Of a stretch of 64,000 nt of DNA, positions 36,093-45,543 are shown piece after piece. This DNA comes from Bacteroidales bacterium (GTDB lineage Bacteria > Bacteroidota > Bacteroidia > Bacteroidales > UBA7960): the NCBI GenBank assembly GCA_031323845.1, contig JAVIYP010000005.1:9153-73152 (forward strand). Direction: 5' to 3'. The first letter of the stretch is position 1, and each line of letters starts with the position of its first letter. Both the position numbers and the translations under genes were made by a program. The notes beneath the pieces were generated by a model. It ran no database searches and was not told where the DNA came from. It saw only the letters and a program-made list of their open reading frames with translations.

Positions 36093-38228
36093 TTATTCGT
36101 CTTCTTTTTGCTCTTCCTCATAAGCCTTAAGCAGCTGATCCTGAACATCTGAAGGCACCTGCTGATACTCGGCAAACTTCATTCCGTAAGTTGCACGACC
36201 TGAGGTCAGCGAGCTGAGGCTTGTTGAATAGCGGTTCATTTCTGCGAGAGGAACCTTGGCCTTGATCCGCTGATAATTGCCCTCGCTTTCCATACCCATG
36301 ATCAGCGCACGACGGCCCTGAAGGTCGGTCATCACATCACCCATTTTCTCTTCGGGAACCATCACCTCTACATCATAAATAGGTTCCATAATCTTTGGAC
36401 CGGCATTTTTAAAGGCATCTTTAAAAGCATTTCGGCCTGCCAGTTTGAATGAAATCTCGTTAGAGTCAACCGGATGCATTTTCCCATCATAGATGTTGAC
36501 AATGATATCGCGGGCATAAGACCCTGTCAGAGGCCCTTCTTCCATTTTTTCCATCACCCCTTTAAGGATGGCCGGCATAAACCGCGCATCGATCGATCCG
36601 CCAACGATGCAGTTATTAAACACCAGTTTCCCTCCCCAGGGCAAGTCATGCACGTCCTGTTTTCTTACAGGGAATTCGGTCTGATTGGGTTTTCCTTCCT
36701 CATAAGGCTCTATCATCATAAAGACCTCGCCAAACTGGCCGGCACCACCCGATTGTTTCTTGTGGCGATAGCTTGACTTTGCATCTTTGGTGATGGTTTC
36801 GCGGTAGGGTATTTTCGGCGAGAAAAATTCCACGTCAATCTTATGCAGGTGTTCCAGCATCCACTTGGCCACGTTCAGATGCATTTCGCCCTGACCTGAA
36901 AGGATCATCTGCTTGAGCTCTTTCGATTGTTCAAACAGCAGCGTGGGGTCAATGTTGTTCATTTCCCTGAGCACGGTGCCAAGCTTTTCCTCATCACCGG
37001 TGGTTTTGGCTTTGACGGCCATTCTGTATTTCGGATTCGGAAATACGATGGGCGTCACTGTTACACCCTGATTTTTGGATCCGGTGAGGGTGTTGTTGGT
37101 GTTGGTGTCTTTCAGCTTTATGGTCGCGGCAATGTCGCCAGGCATGATTTTCTCAATTTTTTGCCTGTTCTTGCCGGCCACCAGGAAGAGTTGTGAAAGG
37201 CGTTCTTTTGATGACGTCTGGGAGTTGATCAGGTCGGCCGATTCGGCAACGGCGCCCTCATAAACCTTAAAGAACGAAAGTTCGCCCAGGTGGGGCTCAA
37301 CGGCGGTTTTGAATACGAATACCACCGGGTCTTTCTTTTCGTCAAAGCCGAACTCATTGCCCTTTTCATCCCTGGTCGTTTCCACTTCGCTTGGCGCGGG
37401 AAGGTTTTCGGTGATGAATTCCATAAAGCGCAAGACGCCCTGGTTGTTTTTTGCAGAAGCACACATGATCGGGAACATCGTGCGCGTGGCGATACCAAGG
37501 TTGATCCCTTTCGCCAGTTCTTCTCCGGAAAGGGTTCCGTTTTCAAAGAACGCTTCCATCAAAGCTTCATCACTCTCAGCAGCCGCTTCAATGATGGCGT
37601 TGCGGTATTCTTCAGCCTTATCCGCTTCATCTGCAGGGATCTCGGCCTCTTCTGCTTTTCCGCCGCCGACCGGAAACTTAAGCAGTTTCATCTTGAGAAC
37701 ATCAACAACACTGTCAAATCCGTGTCCTGCATTTACCGGGTATTGGGCAATCATTACCCGCTCGCCGAACTGTGCTTTCATTTGCCGGACAGCCTCATCG
37801 AAGTTGGCCTTTTCATGCTCCAGCTGGTTCATCAGGAACACAATGGGTTTATCCATAGCCTTGACGTGCCGCCAGGTAATCTCTGTTCCAACCTCCACGC
37901 CATTCTGGGAGTTAATCAGCATCACTGCAGTATCTGCCACTTTCAGTGCAGCAATCACCTCTCCGATAAAGTCGTCGAAGCCGGGTGCATCAATGATGTT
38001 TATTTTTTTTCCTGCATGTTCGGCATACATTACGGTTGAGCTGACAGAAGCCTGTCGTTCAAGTTCTACCTCCCGGTAATCCGAAACCGTGTTCTTGTCA
38101 TCCACGGTACCCCTTCTTTTAATTATGCCGCCCTCAAACAGCATAGCCTCGGCAAGGGTGGTTTTTCCTGCCTTGGCGCCACCAACGAGGGCAATATTCT
38201 TTAATTCACTGGTCTGATAAACTTTCAT
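36093..38228 (-). CDS. fusA2: Elongation factor G paralog (EF-G2 type, degenerate GTPase motifs)
   Basis: 711 aa with full five-domain EF-G architecture. The P-loop is GGAKAGKTT (canonical AHIDAGKTT). G3 is IDAPGFDDF (canonical DTPGHVDF), so the catalytic His is Phe-84. Monocistronic and not in an rpsL-rpsG context. Confidence 0.9.
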   Translation of the reverse strand: MKVYQTSELKNIALVGGAKAGKTTLAEAMLFEGGIIKRRGTVDDKNTVSDYREVELERQASVSSTVMYAEHAGKKINIIDAPGFDDFIGEVIAALKVADTAVMLINSQNGVEVGTEITWRHVKAMDKPIVFLMNQLEHEKANFDEAVRQMKAQFGERVMIAQYPVNAGHGFDSVVDVLKMKLLKFPVGGGKAEEAEIPADEADKAEEYRNAIIEAAAESDEALMEAFFENGTLSGEELAKGINLGIATRTMFPIMCASAKNNQGVLRFMEFITENLPAPSEVETTRDEKGNEFGFDEKKDPVVFVFKTAVEPHLGELSFFKVYEGAVAESADLINSQTSSKERLSQLFLVAGKNRQKIEKIMPGDIAATIKLKDTNTNNTLTGSKNQGVTVTPIVFPNPKYRMAVKAKTTGDEEKLGTVLREMNNIDPTLLFEQSKELKQMILSGQGEMHLNVAKWMLEHLHKIDVEFFSPKIPYRETITKDAKSSYRHKKQSGGAGQFGEVFMMIEPYEEGKPNQTEFPVRKQDVHDLPWGGKLVFNNCIVGGSIDARFMPAILKGVMEKMEEGPLTGSYARDIIVNIYDGKMHPVDSNEISFKLAGRNAFKDAFKNAGPKIMEPIYDVEVMVPEEKMGDVMTDLQGRRALIMGMESEGNYQRIKAKVPLAEMNRYSTSLSSLTSGRATYGMKFAEYQQVPSDVQDQLLKAYEEEQKEDE

Positions 38229-38262
38229 GATACTTGTACGATATTAAAGGGTTATATTAGTA

Positions 38263-38298
38263 TTGATTGTTCGTTCTCTGTTGATTGCCAGTTCTCTG
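38263..38298. repeat. Two tandem 18-bp direct repeats upstream of the EF-G paralog
   Basis: ttgattgttcgttctctg followed by ttgattgccagttctctg (15/18 identical), 35-70 bp upstream of the ATG at 38228. Confidence 0.7.
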
Positions 38299-38407
38299 TT
38301 TTTTGACAACTGGAGCTTCCCTGGGCAGCCATTTCCGGGAGCGGCCAAAGTTAAGAAAAAAAGCCGGACGCCGTGATAAAAAACAAAAATAAATGGTGCT
38401 TAACTGC

Positions 38408-39322
38408 CTATATGGCAAATGATACCAGTTTAAGGAAGTCGTTTACCCGGGTCCTGATATCTTCCTGGTTGATTTCTGACAGCCTTTTGGTGCCGAATTT
38501 TTCCACAACGAAGCTGGCCAGGGCGGAGCCATATATTACGGCTTTTTTCATGTTTTCGAACGAAACATCGCCGGTTTTGGTGAGATACCCCATAAAGCCT
38601 CCGGCGAATGCGTCTCCTGCACCTGTAGGGTCCTTTACTTCTTCAAGCGGAAGGGCCGGTGCGTGGAAGATCTGCTCTCCATAAAAGAGTAACGCCCCGT
38701 ATTCTCCCCGCTTAACAATGACGATGCGCGGCCCCCTGGCCTGAATGCTGCGGGCAGCGCGCACCAGCGAGTATTCTCCCGACAACTGTCGCGCTTCTTC
38801 TTCATTTACCGCAAGGACATCCACCATGCCAATCACCTCCAACAGGTCATCCAGGGCGGTGTTCATCCAGAAATTCATGGTGTCCATGCAAATGAGCTGC
38901 GGATGGCCGGCTATCTGTTGTATCACTTTTTTCTGAATGCACGGTGTGAGGTTGCCCAGCATGACAAAACGGCTGTTGCGGTAATGTGAGGGCAAGACCG
39001 GATCAAAGCCCGCAAGCACATTAAGTTCGGTACATAGCGTGTCGCGGTTGTTCATGTTGTTGTGATAGCGACCCGACCAGAAAAACGTTTTTTCTTCGGG
39101 TATGATTTTAATCCCTGAGATATCAATGTTTCGTTTGATGAAAACGTCAAGAAATTTTTGCGGGAAATCGCCGCCCACAATGGAGACCAGGCGTACATCA
39201 TTCGTAAGGTGGCTGGCGGCCAACCCTATATAGGTCGCCGCACCTCCCAGGATTTTCCCGGACTTGTCAGAACATGTTTCTACCCGGTCAAAGGCGACCG
39301 TGCCGACTACCAGTAAACTCAT
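38408..39322 (-). CDS. PfkB-family carbohydrate kinase
   Basis: 304 aa. PfkB signature DPTGAGDAFAGGF. Confidence 0.85.
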   Translation of the reverse strand: MSLLVVGTVAFDRVETCSDKSGKILGGAATYIGLAASHLTNDVRLVSIVGGDFPQKFLDVFIKRNIDISGIKIIPEEKTFFWSGRYHNNMNNRDTLCTELNVLAGFDPVLPSHYRNSRFVMLGNLTPCIQKKVIQQIAGHPQLICMDTMNFWMNTALDDLLEVIGMVDVLAVNEEEARQLSGEYSLVRAARSIQARGPRIVIVKRGEYGALLFYGEQIFHAPALPLEEVKDPTGAGDAFAGGFMGYLTKTGDVSFENMKKAVIYGSALASFVVEKFGTKRLSEINQEDIRTRVNDFLKLVSFAI

Positions 39323-39323
39323 G

Positions 39324-39896
39324 TTATTTGTGGATTTTTACAAGGGTTTCTGCAACCCGTTTCCCAAGGCCCCGTCCTTTTTCGATAAACCCCGGGTGGA
39401 TGGGCTCATCGTAGGGGAAAAACTGATTTCCGCGGATGGCAGATGCCCCGAAAGGTGTGGACCAGTCAGGCCCTCCTATCACAATCATATTAAAGATAAG
39501 CATCGACTGCAACAGGTTCATCTGGGTGATCTCTTCGCCCGCCGACACTCCGCCGGCCGTTACAAAGGCAGCCCCCAGCTTGTTTTTGAGCGGCTGCCCC
39601 TCGAAAGGCCATGAAGCAATGAACTCAGCTATCCTGGGAGAAACATTGGCGTTGTACACCGGGCTTCCGACAATAATGGCACCGGCCTGCAAGACCTCTT
39701 CAATACTGATCTCATCAACGGACCTGAGCACTACCGTAACACCTTCAACGGAAAGGGCCCCTTCCTCTACGGCTTTGGCCATGATTTCGGTATTTCCTGT
39801 CTCGCTGTGATATACGATCAGCACGGTGGGCTCAACGGCCCACAATGCAGTAGCCAAAAACAGCGTCATGATACCTGAGCAAACTGTTTTCATCAT
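39324..39896 (-). CDS. Flavodoxin-fold (WrbA/NAD(P)H-quinone oxidoreductase-like) protein with an N-terminal hydrophobic segment
   Basis: VLIVYHSETGNTEIMAKAV FMN-loop motif. Preceded by MMKTVCSGIMTLFLATALWA. Confidence 0.75.
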   Translation of the reverse strand: MMKTVCSGIMTLFLATALWAVEPTVLIVYHSETGNTEIMAKAVEEGALSVEGVTVVLRSVDEISIEEVLQAGAIIVGSPVYNANVSPRIAEFIASWPFEGQPLKNKLGAAFVTAGGVSAGEEITQMNLLQSMLIFNMIVIGGPDWSTPFGASAIRGNQFFPYDEPIHPGFIEKGRGLGKRVAETLVKIHK

Positions 39897-39916
39897 TGGA
39901 CTATTGTTTTTAGTTG

Positions 39917-41755
39917 TTATTCCACCGTAACGGACTTGGCAAGGTTTCGGGGCTGATCGACGTTACAGCCGCGCAACACTGCGATATGGTATGAAAGAAG
40001 CTGCAGGGGAATGGTTGCCAGAAGCGGCACAAGCGCTTCATCCGTGTCGGGGATCTCAATGACATAATCCGCAATGTTCCGCACTACCATATCGCCTTCT
40101 GTGACCACAGCAATAATAACGCCTTTGCGGGCTTTCACTTCCTGAATATTGGTGATCACCTTTTCGTAATTTCCTTTCCTGGTGGCCACGACAACCACAG
40201 GCATTTGTTCGTCAATCAGGGCAATAGGCCCATGTTTCATTTCCGCTGCAGGATAACCCTCGGCATGTATGTATGAAATCTCCTTAAGCTTCAACGCCCC
40301 TTCCAGGGCAACGGGAAAGTTATAACCCCTGCCCAGGTAAAGGAAGTTCCGTGCATGCTGGAAAATTTCGGAAAGTTTCAGGATCTGGTCGTTTACCTCC
40401 AATGCCTTTTCAACCTTGTCGGGTATCGACTCCATTTCGCTGAGCATCTGAAAGTAACGCGATTTTGCTATGCTTCCTTTTTTCTCAGCCACCAGCAGTG
40501 CCATCAGGGTAAGTATGGTAACCTGGGCCGTGAAGGCCTTGGTGGAGGCCACACCTATCTCCGGTCCGGCATGGGTGTACGACCCGGCGTGGGTGGCCCG
40601 CGCTATCGACGAGCCAACTACATTACAGATACCCAGAATAGTAGCGCCTTTTGACTTGGCCAGCTCCAGGGCGGCCAATGTGTCGGCCGTTTCACCCGAC
40701 TGGCTGATGGCAATCACCACATCATCTTCATAAATCACAGGATAACGATACCTGAACTCTGAGGCATATTCAACCTCTACGGGGATCCGGGCAAGATCTT
40801 CAAACAGGTACTCTCCGACAAGACCTGCATGCCATGAAGTTCCACAGGCTATGATGATGACCCTTTTGCAGTTCATGAGCTTTTGCTCATAATCAATAAT
40901 ACCGCCAAGAGATATTTTTCCGGTGCGTGCATTCAGGCGCCCCCTCATGCTGTCCTTTATGCTTCGCGGCTGCTCATAGATCTCCTTGAGCATAAAATGC
41001 GGAAAGCCGCCTTTTTCAATGGCAGACAGCTGCATCTCCAAATGAACGATGTAAGGGGTTTTGTCTTTGTTTTTGATGGTTTTCACCCTGAGGTTTCCGT
41101 GCCTCGGTACAATGGCGATCTCCTCATCTTCGAGATACACTACGTCCTTGGTATATTCTACTATGGGTGAGGCATCAGAAGCAATAAAGTACTCGCCTTC
41201 GCCAATGCCGATGACCAGGGGACTGCCCTTTTTTGCCACGATGAGCTTGTCGGGGTCTTCCCTGTCAATCACTACAATGGCATACGCTCCTACCACCTGG
41301 TTCAACGCGAGCCTAACGGCCTCATCAAGACTGATTTGCTCATTAAGCTGGATGTCTTCGATAAGATGGACGAGGACTTCTGTGTCTGTTTCGCTTTTAA
41401 ACAGATATCCCCGGTTCATGAGCTCGGCCTTCAGGGCTCCGTAGTTTTCAATAATCCCGTTATGGATTATAGCAATCTTTTCTGAAGGGCTGAAATGGGG
41501 GTGGGCGTTCAGTTGATTCGGTTCACCGTGGGTAGCCCAGCGGGTATGCGCAATGCCGGTAGTGCCAGAAGTATGCTGACCCTGCATCTGCTGTTCCAGC
41601 TCAGAAACTTTCCCCTGTGTTTTGTATAGATTTAACCCGCCATCCAGCAACGCCATACCGGCACTGTCGTATCCACGGTATTCCAGCCTGTACAGCCCTT
41701 TGATCAGAATGTGGTAAGCTTCCCTGGGGCCGATATAACCGACAATTCCACACAT
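39917..41755 (-). CDS. glmS: Glutamine--fructose-6-phosphate aminotransferase
   Basis: 612 aa. N-terminal MCGIVGY, two SIS domains, C-terminal ..KSVTVE. Confidence 0.97.
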   Translation of the reverse strand: MCGIVGYIGPREAYHILIKGLYRLEYRGYDSAGMALLDGGLNLYKTQGKVSELEQQMQGQHTSGTTGIAHTRWATHGEPNQLNAHPHFSPSEKIAIIHNGIIENYGALKAELMNRGYLFKSETDTEVLVHLIEDIQLNEQISLDEAVRLALNQVVGAYAIVVIDREDPDKLIVAKKGSPLVIGIGEGEYFIASDASPIVEYTKDVVYLEDEEIAIVPRHGNLRVKTIKNKDKTPYIVHLEMQLSAIEKGGFPHFMLKEIYEQPRSIKDSMRGRLNARTGKISLGGIIDYEQKLMNCKRVIIIACGTSWHAGLVGEYLFEDLARIPVEVEYASEFRYRYPVIYEDDVVIAISQSGETADTLAALELAKSKGATILGICNVVGSSIARATHAGSYTHAGPEIGVASTKAFTAQVTILTLMALLVAEKKGSIAKSRYFQMLSEMESIPDKVEKALEVNDQILKLSEIFQHARNFLYLGRGYNFPVALEGALKLKEISYIHAEGYPAAEMKHGPIALIDEQMPVVVVATRKGNYEKVITNIQEVKARKGVIIAVVTEGDMVVRNIADYVIEIPDTDEALVPLLATIPLQLLSYHIAVLRGCNVDQPRNLAKSVTVE

Positions 41756-41766
41756 ATGCTAATGAG

Positions 41767-43125
41767 TTAATCGAACACTGAATAATAGATAACCAGCTGC
41801 ATGGGTTTTTCCGACCGGCCGGGACCATGCACCACTACCCTGCTCAGATCTTCGGCCGCACCCGAAACCACCAGGGCAAGCCCGTTGTTTGAATGAAACC
41901 CATCCATAACCTGTTGTATGTACTTTGTGATATTAAAGGAGTATTGCTGTTTGGTAGCGTTGTAAGCACCTCCAAAATAATTGATGCCTACAAAATAGTC
42001 GGCCATAAACTCCAGTTCTTCGTCCTCCGAGATCATCAGTAAAAGCAGCCGGTTGGTAACGGGAAGCAGATCGGTGGAAAAGTCTTGCTGAACCGGCACT
42101 ACCAGTTCCGCCCTGTTGATAACCAGGCGCGGCAGGTCTTTTAAATCATCCAGAAAGGGTATGTAAATGTTGGCCCGGAGCACGCCGAGTGACTGGAGGA
42201 ACAACAGGGAGTCCCCCATCTGCATGTCCTGTTCCTGCACCTGAAGCCTAAGCGACTCTTCAGCATGATCATAGCCAAAATGCTCAACCCTGGTACTCCG
42301 GTTGGCGAATTCGTTGATCGGGAAACGCTGCATGCGGTTAATGGTGTCACCGCGGTTGTGGTAATACAGCTCAACAGAGGTAGTGGTGGCTATCATGTTA
42401 AGCATGAACAGCGACCCCATGTCTTTTATATTCTCATCAACGGTGATATACAGGCCTTTAAACTCTTCCAGGTAGTTTGGAACGTTGACAAATGCGTCGG
42501 TGCCGTTGGCGTCAATGAATTTTTGTCCGAACTCATCCGAAAGACGGATGCGCATTTGCGGGGGAAACATAATGGAGTCAATCATGACACTGTCAAGAGG
42601 TGCCGGCAGAAACTCAACGCCAAAAGGGTTTTTAGTGATTGGCTTCGGGTGATGCGGGATTTCCAGTGACGCATACAGGGTGTCTTTCTCAGGAAAGTTT
42701 TCCGCCAGTTCATAAACTTTCAGCGTAAGCTTATCTGCCAGCGATCCATAATATCTTCCGGTATAGTTGAGCACCAGGTACACCGAATCCAGGATGGGAT
42801 GGTCACCGAGGCTCAGGTTGTTCATGGGAAGGCGGGTTTCGGTGTAGATGCTGGCTCTTGTTTTGCCGAACACCGGGTCGTTCAGCACACCCAGGGCGTT
42901 CATGAAACTGAAGTTTGTCGCAAGGTTCTCATCCTCGAGCGTTATAGCGCTGATAGTCAGGGTGTCTGTTGTATGCAGAGATGCCTGGGTGTCGATAAGA
43001 TCCAGGCCAATATCATTGGACTCCGAACAGGAAAAAAAGATGATCAGGCCAATGAAACTGACAAACAGTACAGGTATTGATGTGAAAAAAACCCCGCTAC
43101 CACGGGGGTTATTGGAAGTTTTCAA
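41767..43125 (-). CDS. Lipoprotein, DUF4270-like
   Basis: TM/lipobox region (LIIFFSCSESN). Size and position between the glycogen-synthase-like gene and glmS are typical for this Bacteroidota family. Family assignment is from memory and was not searched. Confidence 0.55.
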   Translation of the reverse strand: MKTSNNPRGSGVFFTSIPVLFVSFIGLIIFFSCSESNDIGLDLIDTQASLHTTDTLTISAITLEDENLATNFSFMNALGVLNDPVFGKTRASIYTETRLPMNNLSLGDHPILDSVYLVLNYTGRYYGSLADKLTLKVYELAENFPEKDTLYASLEIPHHPKPITKNPFGVEFLPAPLDSVMIDSIMFPPQMRIRLSDEFGQKFIDANGTDAFVNVPNYLEEFKGLYITVDENIKDMGSLFMLNMIATTTSVELYYHNRGDTINRMQRFPINEFANRSTRVEHFGYDHAEESLRLQVQEQDMQMGDSLLFLQSLGVLRANIYIPFLDDLKDLPRLVINRAELVVPVQQDFSTDLLPVTNRLLLLMISEDEELEFMADYFVGINYFGGAYNATKQQYSFNITKYIQQVMDGFHSNNGLALVVSGAAEDLSRVVVHGPGRSEKPMQLVIYYSVFD

Positions 43126-43191
43126 GACTCAACAAATGTTTTTGAACGATTCGATTACTTCTAACAAAGCAAACGCAAAGGTAGTAATAAT

Positions 43192-44019
43192 TTATTGTTC
43201 CAAAATGGATTCTGACACCAGTACTTCGTCATAAAAATTGTTATATGCGTCGATATAGGTGTCCGTGTCATGAAATTCCAGCAAGGGTTTGCCCAGTCCC
43301 CTGGCATATGTTTCAAGCTCAGGGTTGATTTCTTTATCTCCGAATATGATGCCGTCCGAATAATCCATAGCCAGTTTGCCGAGGTTTATGAAGGTCGGGT
43401 CATCGAATTGTTTCAGCAGCGCAGCGTCAACGCCTTTGGTTTTCATTTTTTTCGGCATTTCCGCTCCGAGGCTGCCGGGGAAATCATCATTATATATGGA
43501 ATAGATGACTTTGGCGTCGGAGAACATGGGGTTGTCCTTAAGCACCACTTTGAGGAAAAAAGGCATCAGGCCGGTGAACCACCCGTGGCAATGCACCAGG
43601 TCAGGAGCCCAACCAAGTTTTTTAACCGTTTCCACCACCCCGCGGGTAAAAAAGATGGCACGCTCATCGTTGTCTTCGAAGTACTGGCCATTTTTGTTGG
43701 TAAGGGTGAACTTCCGCTGGAAGAAGTCTTCGTTGTCAATAAAGTAAATCTGCATCCGCGCCGATTGAATGGACGCCACCTTGATAATTAAAGGATGGTC
43801 GGTGTTGTCAATCACCAGGTTCATTCCTGAAAGGCGAATCACTTCATGCAGCTGGTTGCGGCGCTCGTTTATGCATCCGTAACGGGGCATGAAGGTGCGG
43901 ATCTCTTTTTTCCGTTCCTGTATTCCCTGTGGCAAGTAACGGCCAATATGACCCATGTGGGTTTCCTTAAGATAAGGGGTTATTTCCTGCTGAACAAACA
44001 GAACTTTAGGCTTTTCCAT
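43192..44019 (-). CDS. Short glycogen/starch synthase-like protein (catalytic N-domain only)
   Basis: 275 aa. Starch-synthase domain motifs (FVQQEITPY, LVHCHGWFTGL). Divergent from panC, as in many Bacteroidota. Confidence 0.8.
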   Translation of the reverse strand: MEKPKVLFVQQEITPYLKETHMGHIGRYLPQGIQERKKEIRTFMPRYGCINERRNQLHEVIRLSGMNLVIDNTDHPLIIKVASIQSARMQIYFIDNEDFFQRKFTLTNKNGQYFEDNDERAIFFTRGVVETVKKLGWAPDLVHCHGWFTGLMPFFLKVVLKDNPMFSDAKVIYSIYNDDFPGSLGAEMPKKMKTKGVDAALLKQFDDPTFINLGKLAMDYSDGIIFGDKEINPELETYARGLGKPLLEFHDTDTYIDAYNNFYDEVLVSESILEQ

Positions 44020-44061
44020 AAATTAGTATGCTGTTTACTTAACTTGAATTAGAATATTATG

Positions 44062-44069
44062 CAAAAGTA
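44062..44069 (-). promoter_or_regulatory. Candidate -7 promoter box (TActTTTG on the minus strand) for the glycogen-synthase-like gene
   Basis: The plus strand reads caaaagta. About 43 nt upstream of the ATG at 44019. Confidence 0.4.
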
Positions 44070-44268
44070 CACTTTTTTTTGCTATCTTTCAAATAATCCT
44101 TATAGCTTTGCGGATTTGTTTTTTCGGTTATTTCGGCAACAGCAGGCGCGCCAAAAAGCCTTATACCCTTATGAATGAGCAAATAAAACTAGCGCCGACT
44201 GCTATAATAAGAGCCAATGAACGCCAATCGAAATACAACATTTGGGTTTAATGTACCGGTAACCGTTT

Positions 44269-45114
44269 ATGAAGATTTTTAACAACATTCAAGAGATTTC
44301 TGCCTGGACCACCTTTGAGAAAAAGGCGGGCAAAAGCATTGGGTTTGTCCCTACCATGGGAGCCTTGCATCAGGGGCACCTGGCCCTGGTGGAGCAAGCC
44401 CGCAAGGAAAACGACCTGGTGGTGTGCAGCATTTTTGTCAATCCGATACAGTTTAACAGGCCTGAAGACCTGGCAACGTATCCGCGCACCCTGGATGAAG
44501 ACCTGAAGCTGCTGGAGACGGTGCGCTGCGATGCGGTGTTTTGTCCCGAAGTACAGGAAATGTACCCGCATCCTGAACAAAAGAACTATGATTTCGGGAC
44601 GCTTGACAAGGTGATGGAGGGCAAATACCGCCAGGGACACTTTAACGGTGTGGCCGTTGTGGTTAGTAAGCTGTTCGGCATTGTATCGCCGGACCGTGCC
44701 TATTTCGGAAGGAAAGACTTTCAGCAGTTGCAGGTCATCAGGGCGTTGGTTGTTATGGAAGGCCTTGATGTGGAAATCATTGCCTGTCCTACGGTAAGGG
44801 AAGAAGACGGTCTGGCGATGAGCAGCCGCAACCGGCGGCTGTCAGCATCACAACGCAGCGAAGCCTCAACTATATACCGGGCGCTGACGGCTGCCCGAAG
44901 CATGTATCCTGACGTGCCGCTGCACGACATCCGGGAACGGGTCATCAGCCAGATCAACGCATCACCGGAACTCGAAGTGGAGTATGTGGAGATTGTCCGT
45001 GCCGACACCCTGCTGCCCGCGGAAAAGCACACGGATGATGTTGAACTCGTTACATGCGTTGCCGTAAATGCAGGAAACATAAGGCTGATTGATAATATGT
45101 CATTAAATTCGTAA
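44269..45114 (+). CDS. panC: Pantoate--beta-alanine ligase
   Basis: 281 aa. PTMGALHQGHL motif. Confidence 0.95.
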   Translation: MKIFNNIQEISAWTTFEKKAGKSIGFVPTMGALHQGHLALVEQARKENDLVVCSIFVNPIQFNRPEDLATYPRTLDEDLKLLETVRCDAVFCPEVQEMYPHPEQKNYDFGTLDKVMEGKYRQGHFNGVAVVVSKLFGIVSPDRAYFGRKDFQQLQVIRALVVMEGLDVEIIACPTVREEDGLAMSSRNRRLSASQRSEASTIYRALTAARSMYPDVPLHDIRERVISQINASPELEVEYVEIVRADTLLPAEKHTDDVELVTCVAVNAGNIRLIDNMSLNS

Positions 45115-45190
45115 TTTTGTGAACAAATAGCGCTGTTTTGCATTACTTAAAAACAAATGCCCCGCAAAACAGTTGGCAAAAAGAAAGCAT

Positions 45191-45535
45191 ATGCTATTAG
45201 AAGTAATGAAGTCGAAAATACACAGGGCTGTGGTAACTGCCGCAGAACTGCATTACATTGGAAGCATCACCATTGATGAAGACCTTATGGATGCCGCCAG
45301 TATTATTGAGAACGAGAAGGTGCAGGTGGTCAATGTGAACAATGGCGAACGTCTTGAAACTTACGTCATTAAAGGCAAAAGAGGGAGCGGGGAGGTTTGT
45401 CTGAACGGTCCCGCCGCACGAAAAGTTCAGCCCGGCGACGTTGTTATCGTCATTGCTTATGCTTTCATGGAGGCGGAACAGGCAAAACAACACGTTCCGT
45501 CCATTATCTTTCCGGACAGCAAGAATAAAATTTAA
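45191..45535 (+). CDS. panD: Aspartate 1-decarboxylase
   Basis: [16 protein letters not shown].., with self-processing Gly-Ser in YIGSITID. First ATG chosen; the ORF track start at 45173 is TTG. Confidence 0.93.
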   Translation: MLLEVMKSKIHRAVVTAAELHYIGSITIDEDLMDAASIIENEKVQVVNVNNGERLETYVIKGKRGSGEVCLNGPAARKVQPGDVVIVIAYAFMEAEQAKQHVPSIIFPDSKNKI

Positions 45536-45543
45536 GCAAGGTT

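Noticed and set aside
41756-41766. Possibility of a glmS ribozyme upstream of glmS
   Set aside because: Only 11 bp separate glmS from the preceding gene, so there is no room for the ribozyme. It is also not expected in this phylum.
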